63,516 bases of DNA from Gracilinanus agilis (GCF_016433145.1 NC_058130.1:801137137-801200652); one strand, 5' to 3'; counted from the stretch's first letter, positions 17,801 through 33,977 are shown. Notes: generated by a model not told the origin, from the letters alone. Numbers and translations: made by a program.

Positions 17801-20800
17801 CCCGGGGCCCGTCGGGATCACCATTTCTACCACGGAAGCCTCTTCCTGCACTGGCTGTGCCGGTGCCGTGATTCTAACTCCATAATCATGAGGGCTCCAA
17901 GGCTGAAGTCTAAGGCCTTGCTGCCACCCCCTCTCCTAGCCTGGGCCCCCCAATCCCTTGTGTCTTCTGCTCCGTAGCTCCCTGCCTGCTTCGCTCTGGG
18001 CGTGGACTTAGCCACGGTGCTGTCGGTCTTGGTGCCGGGCCAGGGTCCCCCTTCCGCGGGGCCATCCCGGGCTCCCCTTCAAGGCCCGGGCCCCCTCTCA
18101 AGGCAGGGTCAGAATGCTCAAACCTTGATGGTCTCCAGGGGGCAGACGATGACAACGGCCTCCATGCCGCCGGCTCCGAGGCCACAGAGGAAACTCCTCA
18201 TGTTGCTCAACTTGCCATTGGCGTCTCTGGCGTAATTGCTCAGGAACTGAAATGTGCCAAACCTGCCGAGAACATGCCCAGAATGAACGGCCCGGGCCGC
18301 CCTGCCTCCAGACAAGGACGGTCTGCTGGCACCGGGCCGTAAGTACTGTTCAAAATGACGAAGGAAGGACGGGAGGAAACAGTCTCTGGGCAGTCCTGCT
18401 CTAGGCTGAGCAGGCTCTGGAGGGCCCCCGTGGAACTCGGGAGCGGCTGCAGCAAAGCCACAGGCAAGGCCCCGCCTCGGATGCTGAAGCCTGTAATGAT
18501 GAGGGGGCGTCTCTGGATCTTCGGGAGCCGGGAGGAATGACCGCCCAGGGCCTTCGGCGGGGTGCCTCACTGACCCAAGGCTGCGTTTGGCTTCACGGGG
18601 CGGCCCCAGGAACAAAGGGGGGAGTTCTAGGAGGACACGAGACTGCTGTGGCAGCAGTGGCCTGGACCTCCTGGAAGGCAGAGGCTCCCCTTGTGGGAGT
18701 CACCCCGAGAGCTGCCAGGACTCCAGACTCCGGGACACATTTTCCGGCCTTTTTCCCCCGTTTTCAGGCCCTTCTGGAAACAATTTCTGACCTTTGAGGG
18801 CTCAGCTTCTCCCTCCCTGTCCCAGGTGGTAACCAGTCGGATCGGGGCTACAGCAGTGCTTTCATGGAGTGCGTATTTCTGCACTGCTCGTGTCACAGCG
18901 GAAGACACACATCACACACCCCCAGCAGTTCTTGCCAAATAGGGAGCCTCCCCCCAGAGTTTGGGTCTTTGGGATACGGTCCCTAACGACCGTGTGTGGA
19001 TCGCCTGACCTTCTCCGTTGATCCGCCACTCCATTTCTTAGCCAGTACCAGACTGGTTTCGTGATGACCCAGAGGGGGCACCGTTTTTTCATTGGTTCCC
19101 TGGCTATGGCTGGCCTTTCGTTCTTCCAGATGAAGTTCGGTGGTGTTTTTTGAGTTCCGTGAAATACTTTTTGGATAGTTTGATGGGCGTGGCAAGGCAG
19201 TGGAATCTGGACCCTGCTGGCTCAGCCTATCCATGGGCAACTAATGTCTTTCCAGTTGTTCAGGCCTATCTTTATTAGGGTGAAAAGCGTTTTGCAATTG
19301 TGTTCTCACAGTCGCTGCCTTTGTTTTGGTGGCACACCCCGAGCTGCTTCACATTGTCCTTTTCCACCTCTTGCTCTACGGCTTCATGGGTGTCTGAGCT
19401 TGATTGCTGACTGGCTCTAGGTAGGACTAAATAAGGGGGGAGCTTGGAAGGGAGGCTGACCAGCCTCTCCCTGCTGGTGGTGGCCAAGGCCCAGAGCTCC
19501 GCAGGCTCCCGGGGACCTTTCTGCCCCGTCATTCATGAGACACTTTAAGGCTTTTCAGGCGGGCATCCCAGCCATCTGTGAGCAGGCCTGGCAGGGCACC
19601 AGGTGAAGTCCCAGCAGGACCAGGAGGGCGAGGGGGCAGTGTGGGAGCAGCCCTCCAGGGCACTCACCTCACTGCTGACTTGGGCATAGCGCCATAGAGC
19701 AGGCTGCTGAGGCCCCGATAGAGGCCCAGGATGCCGTGCTCCTGGATGGTCAGCTTTATGCAGTCACCTGGGAGACAGAAGGGAGAAGAAGGGTCATCAG
19801 GGAGCCTGGGGGGGACCCAGGCCGCCGGGTGGGGGGGGGGCACAGAGGAGGGGGCGGCTCTCTCACCCACAGTGGTGTACCGAGGATTCTTGGCCTTCTC
19901 CTCCAGCTGCATCTGGGTCTTGATGTACTCTGTGGGGAAGGTGACAAAGACTTCGATGCCTCCAGCGATGCCACCTGTGGGAGAGANNNNNNNNNNNNNN
20001 NNNNNNNNNNNNNNNNNNNNNNNNNNNNNNNNNNNNNNNNNNNNNNNNNNNNNNNNNNNNNNNNNNNNNNNNNNNNNNNNNNNNNNNNNNNNNNNNNNNN
20101 NNNNNNNNNNNNNNNNNNNNNNNNNNNNNNNNNNNNNNNNNNNNNNNNNNNNNNNNNNNNNNNNNNNNNNNNNNNNNNNNNNNNNNNNNNNNNNNNNNNN
20201 NNNNNNNNNNNNNNNNNNNNNNNNNNNNNNNNNNNNNNNNNNNNNNNNNNNNNNNNNNNNNNNNNNNNNNNNNNNNNNNNNNNNNNNNNNNNNNNNNNNN
20301 NNNNNNNNNNNNNNNNNNNNNNNNNNNNNNAGACAGAAGGAGGGAGCCAGGGACAGAGAGAAAGATGGGGGAGAGGGAGACGCTGTGGGACTGTGGAAAG
20401 CCATCTGGAACTTTGCCGGGTGTCGGCCCAGGCCCCCGTGTGGCCCTTTTTTGTGGGAACGAAGGACTGCTGTCGGCAGGCAGTCAGGCCATGGCAAGGG
20501 ACAGAACCACCAGACACGCGCGCACACTCAGACAGATCTAAATTGGGTCGCCAGATTCCCGGGCCTGGCAGGCCCGGCCGGGTCCCAGACAAGGGGTGCC
20601 CCCTCACTCCCCGGCGCTCTCCCCCTTTTCCAACCCACTCCGGGGCTAAGGGGGTGACTCCCAGGGCAGGGGAGGGTTCCGGACCCCCGTCCACCATATC
20701 AGGGAGCCCTGTTGGGGGCTGAAGTTCCACTGCCGGGGTACGACCAGGAGATCTGGGAGGGGCATAGGCCTCCAGGAGGCACTCCAGATGCTCACTGACT

Positions 20801-21173
20801 TGGGGCACAGCCTGGGCAAAGGCCCGGGGATGGGCTACAGTCCAAGGGGGAGGGGAGGATCCGAAGGGAGGGGGCCGGGAGGGCTCTCCACCGAACAGAC
20901 CAGGGAGGAAGGGAAGGGGGGCCGGGAGGGCGGCGGAACTCCCCGCATTAGCATGAACAACCGTGGCCTCCACGTGACCCGGGCAGCCATGACCCCCCCC
21001 AAGTAACGCCCCTCCTGCCGCCACGCCCCCGACCACGCCCCACTACCGGCCACGATCGCCTTCCCCGTGTGGGTGTTCTTGGTGCAGTGGAGCTTCGAGG
21101 CAGCGGCCAGGCCCAGGCTGAGGCCTCGCTGGGGGAGGCCGGGGCCGAGGCCCTCCTCAGCCTTCCGCCTCAT
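11886..21173 (-). CDS. SLC25A1-like: Mitochondrial citrate (tricarboxylate) carrier paralogue, complete, 319 aa; exons 21173-21047, 19974-19867, 19767-19668, 18262-18124, 17229-17145, 16963-16859, 14335-14220, 12937-12864, 11991-11886
   Basis: Nine GT-AG exons total 960 nt in one open frame. ATG at 21173 has A at -3 and an in-frame upstream TAG at 21189-21191; stop TGA is at 11886-11888. Three carrier signatures are present (PTEYIK, PLETIK, PVDVVK) plus citrate-carrier motifs [17 protein letters not shown] and [11 protein letters not shown]. Internal exon sizes 108/100/139/85/105/116/74 equal those I recall for SLC25A1. Confidence 0.93.
12270..12520. mobile_element. MIR-type SINE (GC-shifted)
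   Basis: Motifs ...tgtgcctggcaccgtgc...cagatgaggacgctgag...cacagctggtgtcggaggctggatttgaactcgggtctccctgactcc. Confidence 0.7.
12995..13125. mobile_element. L2 LINE 3' end fragment
   Basis: aaacatttattaagggcctactatgtgccaggcattgtgc...cctgccctcaagg...acattctaatgggg is the typical L2 tail. Confidence 0.7.
13181..13410. repeat. Degenerate (ATCC)n/(ATCT)n microsatellite
   Basis: Read directly from the sequence. Confidence 0.85.
13772..14093 (-). mobile_element. Composite SINE (SINE1-like segment + RTE-5'UTR-like segment + second tRNA-derived SINE head + A tail), 5'-truncated
   Basis: Poly-T at 13770-13784; 13-bp TSD GCTTAGAGGAATT at 13759-13771 and 14094-14106; a homologous independent copy at 41200-41490. 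Confidence 0.8.
18915..19460 (-). mobile_element. L1 ORF2 fragment in intron 3 of SLC25A1-like, strongly GC-enriched
   Basis: Minus-strand translation gives degenerate L1 ORF2 motifs [29 protein letters not shown] and SLFGKNCWG. Confidence 0.8.
19987..20330. other. Assembly gap, 344 N (SLC25A1-like intron 1)
   Basis: N run. Confidence 0.99.
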
Positions 21174-21682
21174 CCTAGCCAAGGGGTCCTAACTGCGAGC
21201 GCCGCACCCCTCACTCTCCTCGAGCCCTCCCCGGCTCCGCCCCTCGGCCTCCACGTGGCCCCGCCCCTAGCCTAGGCCTCACCCCTGCCGTGACCCGCCC
21301 CCCCCTCCCGCCAGGCATTGATCCCGCCCATCATCTGCTTTGGGCCTCTCTGAGGGCGGGTGGGGCGGGGCAAGCCTAGTCCAGGCGGAGAAGGACCAGT
21401 CCGCCCCCGGCTTCTGATTGGCTGTTGGCAAAGGGCTCGTGGCCCGGATTGGAGGCGGGGATCCTCTCGGTGACAGGCTGAGAGACTGACCGGCTCCCAA
21501 GAGGACGCCTTCCACCAAGCCCTCGACCCTCCTAGTCCCGGCGGAGAGCGCCCGGAGCACCGGGAGGTCCCTTTTACGGACAGTAACCTGAGGCCCCTAC
21601 AGACCGCGCGTTGGCCCGCCTCCGTTTCTGCCTCTGCCGGGCTGCGCGCGGGAGGCCGGCTCCAAGACCGGAACTCGGCCCA

Positions 21683-21719
21683 GTTGCCAGGGAAACGCGT
21701 TCCCGGCTACCATGGCGAC
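21683..21719. promoter_or_regulatory. Two RFX X-box-like motifs: GTTGCCAGGGAAAC (21683-21696) and GCTACCATGGCGAC (21706-21719)
   Basis: Both resemble the 14-bp palindromic RFX consensus GTTRCCATGGYAAC and sit at the 5' end of a motile-cilia gene, where X-boxes are expected. Confidence 0.7.
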
Positions 21720-21789
21720 CAGAGTGTTTGCGGGGCCCGGTGGCAGAGGCCGGGGCAGCTCCGGACAGTGCGCTCCTCAGCGCGCCTGG
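21700..21789 (+). other. TEKT1: Putative non-coding first exon of TEKT1 (start approximate)
   Basis: Strong donor TGG|GTAAGG at 21789/21790; matching acceptor tctcttccctccag| at 23364/23365, 17 nt before the TEKT1 ATG. Confidence 0.6.
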
Positions 21790-23348
21790 GTAAGGCCCGA
21801 GGGGCCTGCGAGGAGGGGCTGCGGCGCCCATAGAGGCCCGGGGCCGGGGCGGCCGGGGCGCCCCCCCCCCACTCCACGCTCCTTCCCCTCCTTCCCCCCC
21901 TCTTTTTCTCCCTCCCCTCCCGGATGTTGGAGCAGGGCGGGGGGAGAAGGTTGTGGCTTTGAGCCCGCGGGCGGCCGGGCGGCCGGCGTGCTCCCTAGCG
22001 GCCCCTCCCCCGGCGGGTCTCCTATCCAGCACCATTTCTTCTCTCTTGGATGCCAGATTGTGCTCCTCTTCGCCGGGACGCCGGGGGCCACTTGCTGCAG
22101 TAATTTGGGGTCTAGCGAGCTGCCTTTGGGCCAGGTCAGGGCGCGGAGGAGACGGGAGCAGCCCTGGGCCCTGGGGAGGGGCAGCCAGGGAGGCCAGGAA
22201 TTCGGCTCATATCATTTGGGTTTGGAAGGCGCCTCTTGGAGGACGACGTTAGGGCGGGAGCAGCTTGGGGACCCAGAGCCTCTCCCCTCTCTTCCAGCGA
22301 GTCTCCCAGGTTGCACCGCGCCTCCTTGTGGCCTTTGTCTAGTTCCCGACCTCAGCAATGTCCCGACAGCCCTGGCTGCGCCCCAGGGGTGGCGGGCCCC
22401 TACTAGCCTCTGTATTCTTCAGACAGCTTCTCTCAACTCCTGGCAGCGCCCGAAGCCCCTGGGGGCAGCCCTCGAGTCTGCTGTGCCCACCCTCCCGGCC
22501 TCTTGGAACCGTCCTTTCCCCTTTGCCCTGGCTGCCAGGCCATTTCTCCCAAACACGCTGCTGCCTGAAATTCCCCTCCCCCTCGTCAGCTGGCCTGACT
22601 CTCTGGGTCTGCGCCAGCCTGTGCCCTGATGTTCCCTGCCCTGCCGCTTCGCAAGCTGGGCAAGGTTTAGAGCCCCTGCCCTTTGCCCCAGGAGTGGCTG
22701 CCACCCTATGGCTGGGCATTCTGACAGTTCTCCAGTTGTTGGCCCCAAGCCTAGTATGGGGTTGGGGATGGTGGGGGCAGTCGGTGCCCTTTAGGAAGGC
22801 TGGTCACTACTGGCCCAGGAGGCACAGTTTGCCATAGGAAGAGTCAGCCCTTGCTCTAGGCTCCCTTCTGTCTGGGCGCACTGGGGCGAGAGGGTGGGGC
22901 TAGAGAAGGCTTTGAGCCCTTGTCCTCACAAAGGGGACACCTGGGAAAGTGAGTGTCTCTCCAATCTCTGCTCTCCCAAACCTAGCAGTGGGGTACAAGA
23001 GTGTCCAAGGAGGTAGCTGCAAAGGCCCCTCAGGCCCCCGAGTAAGAATGCCCATTTCTGATGGAGGGACTCAGAGAGGGCTTCGTGGTGGAGGGAGCTT
23101 TCTGCTAGGCCTTAAAGGATGGCTCAGATTTCACCGAGATGGGGTTGGGGAGAGACTTGGGACTGTCACAAGCAAAGGCATGAGAGTTCATGGTGGAGAT
23201 GAGTGAGGGTGTGTGGTTGGAGACATTGAGAGGCCAGTGCTGAGTTGTAAAGGAACTCAAAGGCTCAAGCTCTGGGCAGGGGGAGAATGAGGAAGACGGA
23301 GCTGACTGGCCCCTTTCGGGGACTTGCCAGAGCCTCCTGAGTTTCTGA

Positions 23349-28176
<4,828 letters not shown>

Positions 28177-28178
28177 TC

Positions 28179-28678
28179 NNNNNNNNNNNNNNNNNNNNNN
28201 NNNNNNNNNNNNNNNNNNNNNNNNNNNNNNNNNNNNNNNNNNNNNNNNNNNNNNNNNNNNNNNNNNNNNNNNNNNNNNNNNNNNNNNNNNNNNNNNNNNN
28301 NNNNNNNNNNNNNNNNNNNNNNNNNNNNNNNNNNNNNNNNNNNNNNNNNNNNNNNNNNNNNNNNNNNNNNNNNNNNNNNNNNNNNNNNNNNNNNNNNNNN
28401 NNNNNNNNNNNNNNNNNNNNNNNNNNNNNNNNNNNNNNNNNNNNNNNNNNNNNNNNNNNNNNNNNNNNNNNNNNNNNNNNNNNNNNNNNNNNNNNNNNNN
28501 NNNNNNNNNNNNNNNNNNNNNNNNNNNNNNNNNNNNNNNNNNNNNNNNNNNNNNNNNNNNNNNNNNNNNNNNNNNNNNNNNNNNNNNNNNNNNNNNNNNN
28601 NNNNNNNNNNNNNNNNNNNNNNNNNNNNNNNNNNNNNNNNNNNNNNNNNNNNNNNNNNNNNNNNNNNNNNNNNNNNNN
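28179..28678. other. Assembly gap, 500 N
   Basis: N run of round length, typical of a scaffolding join. Confidence 0.99.

Positions 28679-28729
<51 letters not shown>
28679..28729. repeat. (AC)n microsatellite at the contig end; mirrored as (GT)n at 63466-63516
   Basis: Read directly from the sequence. Confidence 0.95.
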
Positions 28730-28733
<4 letters not shown>

Positions 28734-29469
28734 AAGCCACTTGATATGATAAATTAATTTATCATTTCCACAAATAGCCAAATCACTTCAGAAGAAAAAG
28801 TTTCAAAATAAGAATTTAGAATCAGAATGCTATAGGCTATCAAAACACATTATCAACAGGGTTGATAAGATAACATCACAACTTTTCCAAATATATACAT
28901 ATATATAATTGTTTTAAAAAGTTTAGTTCATAATTTAATAACATCTAGAACAAAGGGAAATATGCCTTTACAACAATTTACCAAATTTCACCTTATTGTG
29001 AGCAATATTCAAGAATTTAAAAAATAAAACAACTCATTGCCAAATTTTCAAATGATCTTATGCAGGATTGCTTTTTATCACATTTAAAACTATGTATAAA
29101 GTTATCTACTATAAAGTAATTCTATTCCTTTAAAATTATAATCAGACTTCATTAAAGAAATAATTATAAAAACAATTAGCAGTGTATTTATCGTGATTAA
29201 CATGATTATTTACATTGAGTTCCAATTCAATAAAAGTTTATATTACACTCAGTAAGAAAATATACTTCACTGTCAATGAAACCACAGCATGATTTAGTTT
29301 CAGCATTAAATCAGGGTTCACTCACACCTATAACTTCATTCTTATTTCCTTTCAATGATCTGGGCCAATATTTGCTCACTAAATAATAGCTTAATAGTTC
29401 TTTTTTCTGGTGAATCCTTCCTCCAAAAGCTCTCTTCCTTGTCTTTTTCAAACCTCACATTCCCCCACT

Positions 29470-30257
29470 GTCACCCCCAATAGGGGCTTCAGGAATTTGA
29501 AATGGACCTACCTTTGTTCACCCCCAAGATCTGCTCAGGAAAAGGAAATAACAATGCAAATAAAGAAGCGTATTTAAATTCATGTGAGTGTTTGAATGGT
29601 TCTGAATTTCCTTCAACTTCTCCAAAATTGGACCCTCAGTACTAATTTCATCAAGAGGGATGGAGAGGTTGGCTGTTCCTGACTTTCCTATTCAGTCAGC
29701 CTTGGAGAGTTTGTGAAGGATTTATAACATCTACATTTTATAACATTTTGTAACATTTTATAACATTTTGTAACATTTATAACATCTGATCTAATTTGAA
29801 CACTTTTGGACCAAAGACAAAGGAGCTCCGGGGCCATAACTCAGAGCCCCTCTGCGGGCAGCAAAAGGCAGCTGCTGGACCGTCACAGCCACCGACTCAG
29901 TTTCACATCAAGATCTTGGCTAACGGAAAGAAATATCTCTACCACGTTAAGTAATATTTTGTTTTGGAATTAGGATAGTAAGATAGAAATTATAATTTAG
30001 TAAGTTCAGTGTAGAATTAAGTAGGAAGGCCAAGTGATGAAAGCTGGTTGGGAAACATGTAGTTTTTATTACTTAATAGGAAATCTTTTATAATACTTAA
30101 TTTCCTTTACTTCCTTTTACTTCCCTTTTATTTATTTAATTAGTAGTTATAATAAATAAGTTTTTTTTAATAACTGGCCTGAGAAAGATTTTTTAGAACT
30201 GCCTGGTGGCCATATTTTTCCAATGAACAAATTGAGAACCTGTTCACACCTTATACA
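29470..30257. mobile_element. Possible LTR remnant (boundaries uncertain); mirror at about 61938-62725
   Basis: TG...CA candidate ends, internal 10-bp tandem (TAACATTTT[G/A])n at about 29723-29786, and TATA-like and AATAAA motifs. No TSD found. Confidence 0.35.
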
Positions 30258-31189
30258 ACTATTCGTGTAGTCAATATACCAATGATTAGTAATGGGTCAA
30301 TACCCTTTACAGCATTCCCAGGACTGAGGCACCATTGATCCTGAAGTAAGATTTTTATTAGACTGGTGGTATACTGAGCAATTTTGGTCAACCACAGCAA
30401 AATGGCCAACAGAATCTCTTGAACAAGAATGTGCCCTTCTGGGTTAAAGGGGGAAGTACTTGGTGGTCTTGTGGTGACACAGACCTTTACTACGGAGAAT
30501 CTACTGATTGCCAAAAAAAGGTCATTCTTCAACCTTTATGTTTTTGAACAAGGAAATGATTTGTGAGCTGATTCATTCAAGCCTAAAAAATCATTTAAAT
30601 ATCAACTTCTCACTTGTAACAAGTTTGGGGTGCCCTGAGCAGAATCACAGGGGTTATGGAATTTCCTGAAAGCAACAAAATTCTGTTCCTAAGCCAGATC
30701 ACTAGTGCCAGTGGATCTGCCACCATGCAAAAAGGATAAAGAAAGCCTACTTTTCAAGGGATTAAAATTAGACTTCTACAGCTAAAATGGACTGAATACC
30801 AAACCTCTTGCTTTTAAAATGATTTATCCTGCAGTGTTTTGGGCGTACCACACAAAAGTCAGAGTGGCTCTACCACAAAGAAGAACAGAGTGTCCAAGTG
30901 CACCTTTTCCTGGGTGTCCACCAGACTTGGTTTTCCTCTCAAGTGAGGAGCTCAATCTGTGAACTTAATGAAAACCCAGAAAGGCTGATTTAGATCTGCT
31001 CTGAAAATTTCCTCTAACAGTTTAAAAGATATTCTCTTTGGACCCCTCCTTCATGCCTTTCCCCTCCCCAGGAAACCTACTGGGAAACCTCATTATCCTC
31101 CAAGATTAAATAAACCTCCATACTCATCAGTCTCTTCTGCCCTTCTGATTGGATCCTTTGACTGGATGGCAGGTCTGTGGGCATTATGG

Positions 31190-32130
31190 GTTTTTTTAAA
31201 ATATAATTGTATTATTATTTTTAAATATTTTTTCCATGGTTACATGATTCATGTTCTCTCCCTCTCCTTTTCCCCCATCCCATGGCTGAAAAGCAACCCC
31301 ATCAGGTTATACATGTATTATCACTCAAACCCCATTTCCATATTATTCATTTTTGTAATAATCTTTTAAATCCAAAACCCCAAACCTACATCCATATAAA
31401 CAAATGACAAATCATATGTTTTTCTTCTGCATTTCTACTCCCACAGTTCTTCCTCTAGATGTTGATAGTATTCTTTCTCATAAGTCCTTCAGGATTGTCC
31501 TAGATTTTTGTTAGAAGCAAAGTATCACATTTGATTGTCCCACAGTGTTTCAGTTATAATATTCTCCTGGTTCTGTTCATTTCATGCTGCATCAGTTCAT
31601 GTAGCTCTTCCTAGTTCTTATAGAAATCAAATAGTTCACCATTCCTTATAGCACAATAATATTCCATTACCACCATAGGCCACACTTTGTTCAGTCATTC
31701 CCCAATCAAGGGACACCCCCTCATTTTCCAATTTTTTGCCACCACAAAGAGTGTGGCTATAAATATTTTTGTACAAACATTTTTCCTTATTATCTCTTTA
31801 GGGCTCAAACCCAGCAGTGGTATGGCCAGATCAAAGGGTATGTATTCTTTTAAAACCCTTTGGGCATGATTCCAAATTGCCTTTCAGAATGATTGGATCA
31901 ATTCACAACTCCATCAGCAATGCATTAGTGTCCTAATTTGGCCACATCCTTTCCAACATTTAATATTTTCCATTACTGTCATATTTTCCAATCTACTAGG
32001 TGTGACGAGGTACCTCAGAGTTGTTTTGATTTGTATTTCTCTAATAAGGAGGGATTTAGAACACTTTTTCATATGATTATTGATAGTTTTTATTTCTTCA
32101 TCTGAAAAATGTCTATTAGTATCCCTTGAT
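31190..32130 (-). mobile_element. L1 3' portion (ORF2 C-terminus + 3'UTR); mirror at about 60065-61005 (+)
   Basis: T-rich start followed by marsupial L1 3'UTR/ORF2-like sequence (e.g. rc ggaaaggatgtgg...ggacactaatgcattgctgatggagttgtgaattgatccaatcattctg). Confidence 0.8.
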
Positions 32131-32305
32131 GGTCATGGGCATTATGGGACATCACCACAGTCTTCTCTCTTTTTCCCACTAACTACTCTGCTTTTGGACT
32201 TTCCCATCATGCCCCTGTGCTGGGTACTTTCTGCATTCCCTTTCTTTCCTCCTTTCCTTTTCAGCTTTCTCTTGTGTGTTATCTTCCTCCAGCTTGATGA
32301 CCACT

Positions 32306-32504
32306 GGGGCAAGTAGGTGACACAATGGATTGAATTCTGGACCTGGAAGTAGAAAGACCTGAGGTCAAATCTGGCCTCAGATACTTCCCAGCTGTGTGAC
32401 CCTGGGCAAGTCACTTGAACCCCATTGCCTACCCTTACCACTCTTCTGCCTTGGAGCCAATACACAGTATTGACTCCAAGTTGGAAGGTGAGGGTTTAAA
32501 AAAA
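32306..32504 (+). mobile_element. Opossum SINE1-like tRNA-derived SINE; mirror at about 59691-59889 (-)
   Basis: ggggc...tcaaatctggcctcagatacttcccagctgtgtgaccctgggcaagtcac...ccttaccactcttctgccttggagccaatacacagtattgactccaag...ggtttaaaaaa. Confidence 0.85.
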
Positions 32505-33274
32505 TAATTGGGACATAAGTCTACTAAAATAGTTTTGTTTAATCTAACATTAATCTAATATCCAAGTCACTTCCTATTTAGATACATCTCCAAATTGACA
32601 TAGTTCCCTCATGCCCTCCAACATATCTCTCTCCTCCAAGATAAGTTGAGATAACATTATAGGAATCTTGAACAAAGAAAATATGTTAAAATACAATTTT
32701 GTACTTTTGAAAACAGTCAATATTCAGTTCTTTCCTAGAGTCCTCCTCTAGGGTCCTCCAGAAACAGAAAAGGGATCTATTCTCAGCCTTCAGTTTGTAG
32801 ATCATGCCTCTGATAGACATATTGTACAATCCTAGCATATAGACAAAGGGGAGAAGGTCCTGTTGAATTGACTCAGATTAGCTATGGTTAGTAATGGAGT
32901 CCAGCTAGAGGATGAAGCTGGCTGTCCTAACAAGAGGGAGGGGTAAGAGTGAGTAGAATTCTTTCTCCTCCCCCACCCCTGGGAGCAGTTGGACCAGAAG
33001 GCAAAAACTGTTTAACTGAATCCCTCTTAGTTCAAGCTATGGAGGCTGTACAAGCTTGGTAAATTCAGGGGCAAGTTGGTAAACTGACAGGGAATAATCC
33101 CACTGAGGTCAGCAAGTCTCACTGTTTAAACTATTCCCTAAACCCTAGGATAGAATAGACTCCAGGTTGTCTTCAAATACAGATGACTTGCTCTCAAGGA
33201 AAGGAAACTGCACCAGTGCTTATATGAATGGATCTTTCCTTTGGTAAAGTATATGGATGGTGAGTATATCCTAG

Positions 33275-33802
33275 TGTAACTTCACACAGGCCCAGTACCT
33301 TAACAAGAAAGGGGGTTTATTATTTTCAGGAAAACAGGGTGAGGGGAAATGGTTTTAGGGATGAAAGGGAGGTAAGCTAACTAAAATCTTCAATGAACTT
33401 GTTGGCTACACATTTGGAATGTGTTTTGAACAACTTAACTTCTATCCTACTCACTAAGTAATCTTTCTCCTAATCTAATGTACCTAAGTTAAAGATGGAA
33501 AGGTAATCTTGCTTGAAGATCTGTATAGAGATTACTTAAGATGCTGCAATTGAGATATTCTTCCAGTAGTAAACCAGTAAAGTAACATTCAGCCCTTGAG
33601 GTCAGAGATGAGCTAACCAAAGAGTAATCTAACTCTCCCTCCCAGCCCTTGAACCCACAAGGAGTGTGATCAAAGAATCCTTACAAGTAGGGTGACCTGG
33701 CCTTTGTACTCAGGTTTCTAACTGCCCCAACTACCCCGTCTCCTGGAGTTCTGGGGGGGCACTATGGAATTCTGTGCCCCACTTATGATCATGGATGTTA
33801 CA
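33275..33802 (-). mobile_element. LTR-like element; mirror 58393-58920 (+)
   Basis: Perfect 6-bp terminal inverted repeats TGTAAC...GTTACA and an AATAAA in the element orientation. No TSD. Confidence 0.55.
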
Positions 33803-33977
33803 GTAATCCCAGTTTTCTAGTATATAGAATTTCCACTAGAAATTCTGCAAGCATCTTGCATCTTGCACACTTCACCTTGCTCCACTCTGCACCTAAATCT
33901 CTCTATCTTTAGCAACATAAAAAAATCTATCCTTAAGACTGATACTAACTGTCTACCACCATCTAGGAAGGCAAAGT

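Larger units (their letters stand above)
21174..21790. promoter_or_regulatory. CpG-rich bidirectional promoter between SLC25A1-like (-) and TEKT1 (+)
   Basis: Dense CpG; GC box GGGGCGGGG 21362-21370; inverted CCAAT boxes (ATTGG) at 21417-21421 and 21448-21452; head-to-head gene arrangement. Confidence 0.75.

Noticed and set aside
19664-21036. ORFs running through N gaps (also near 28179 and 45849)
   Set aside because: Translation through Ns is an artefact.
11886-21173. SLC25A1 processed pseudogene
   Set aside because: Eight introns at conserved positions, an uninterrupted frame and retained functional residues.
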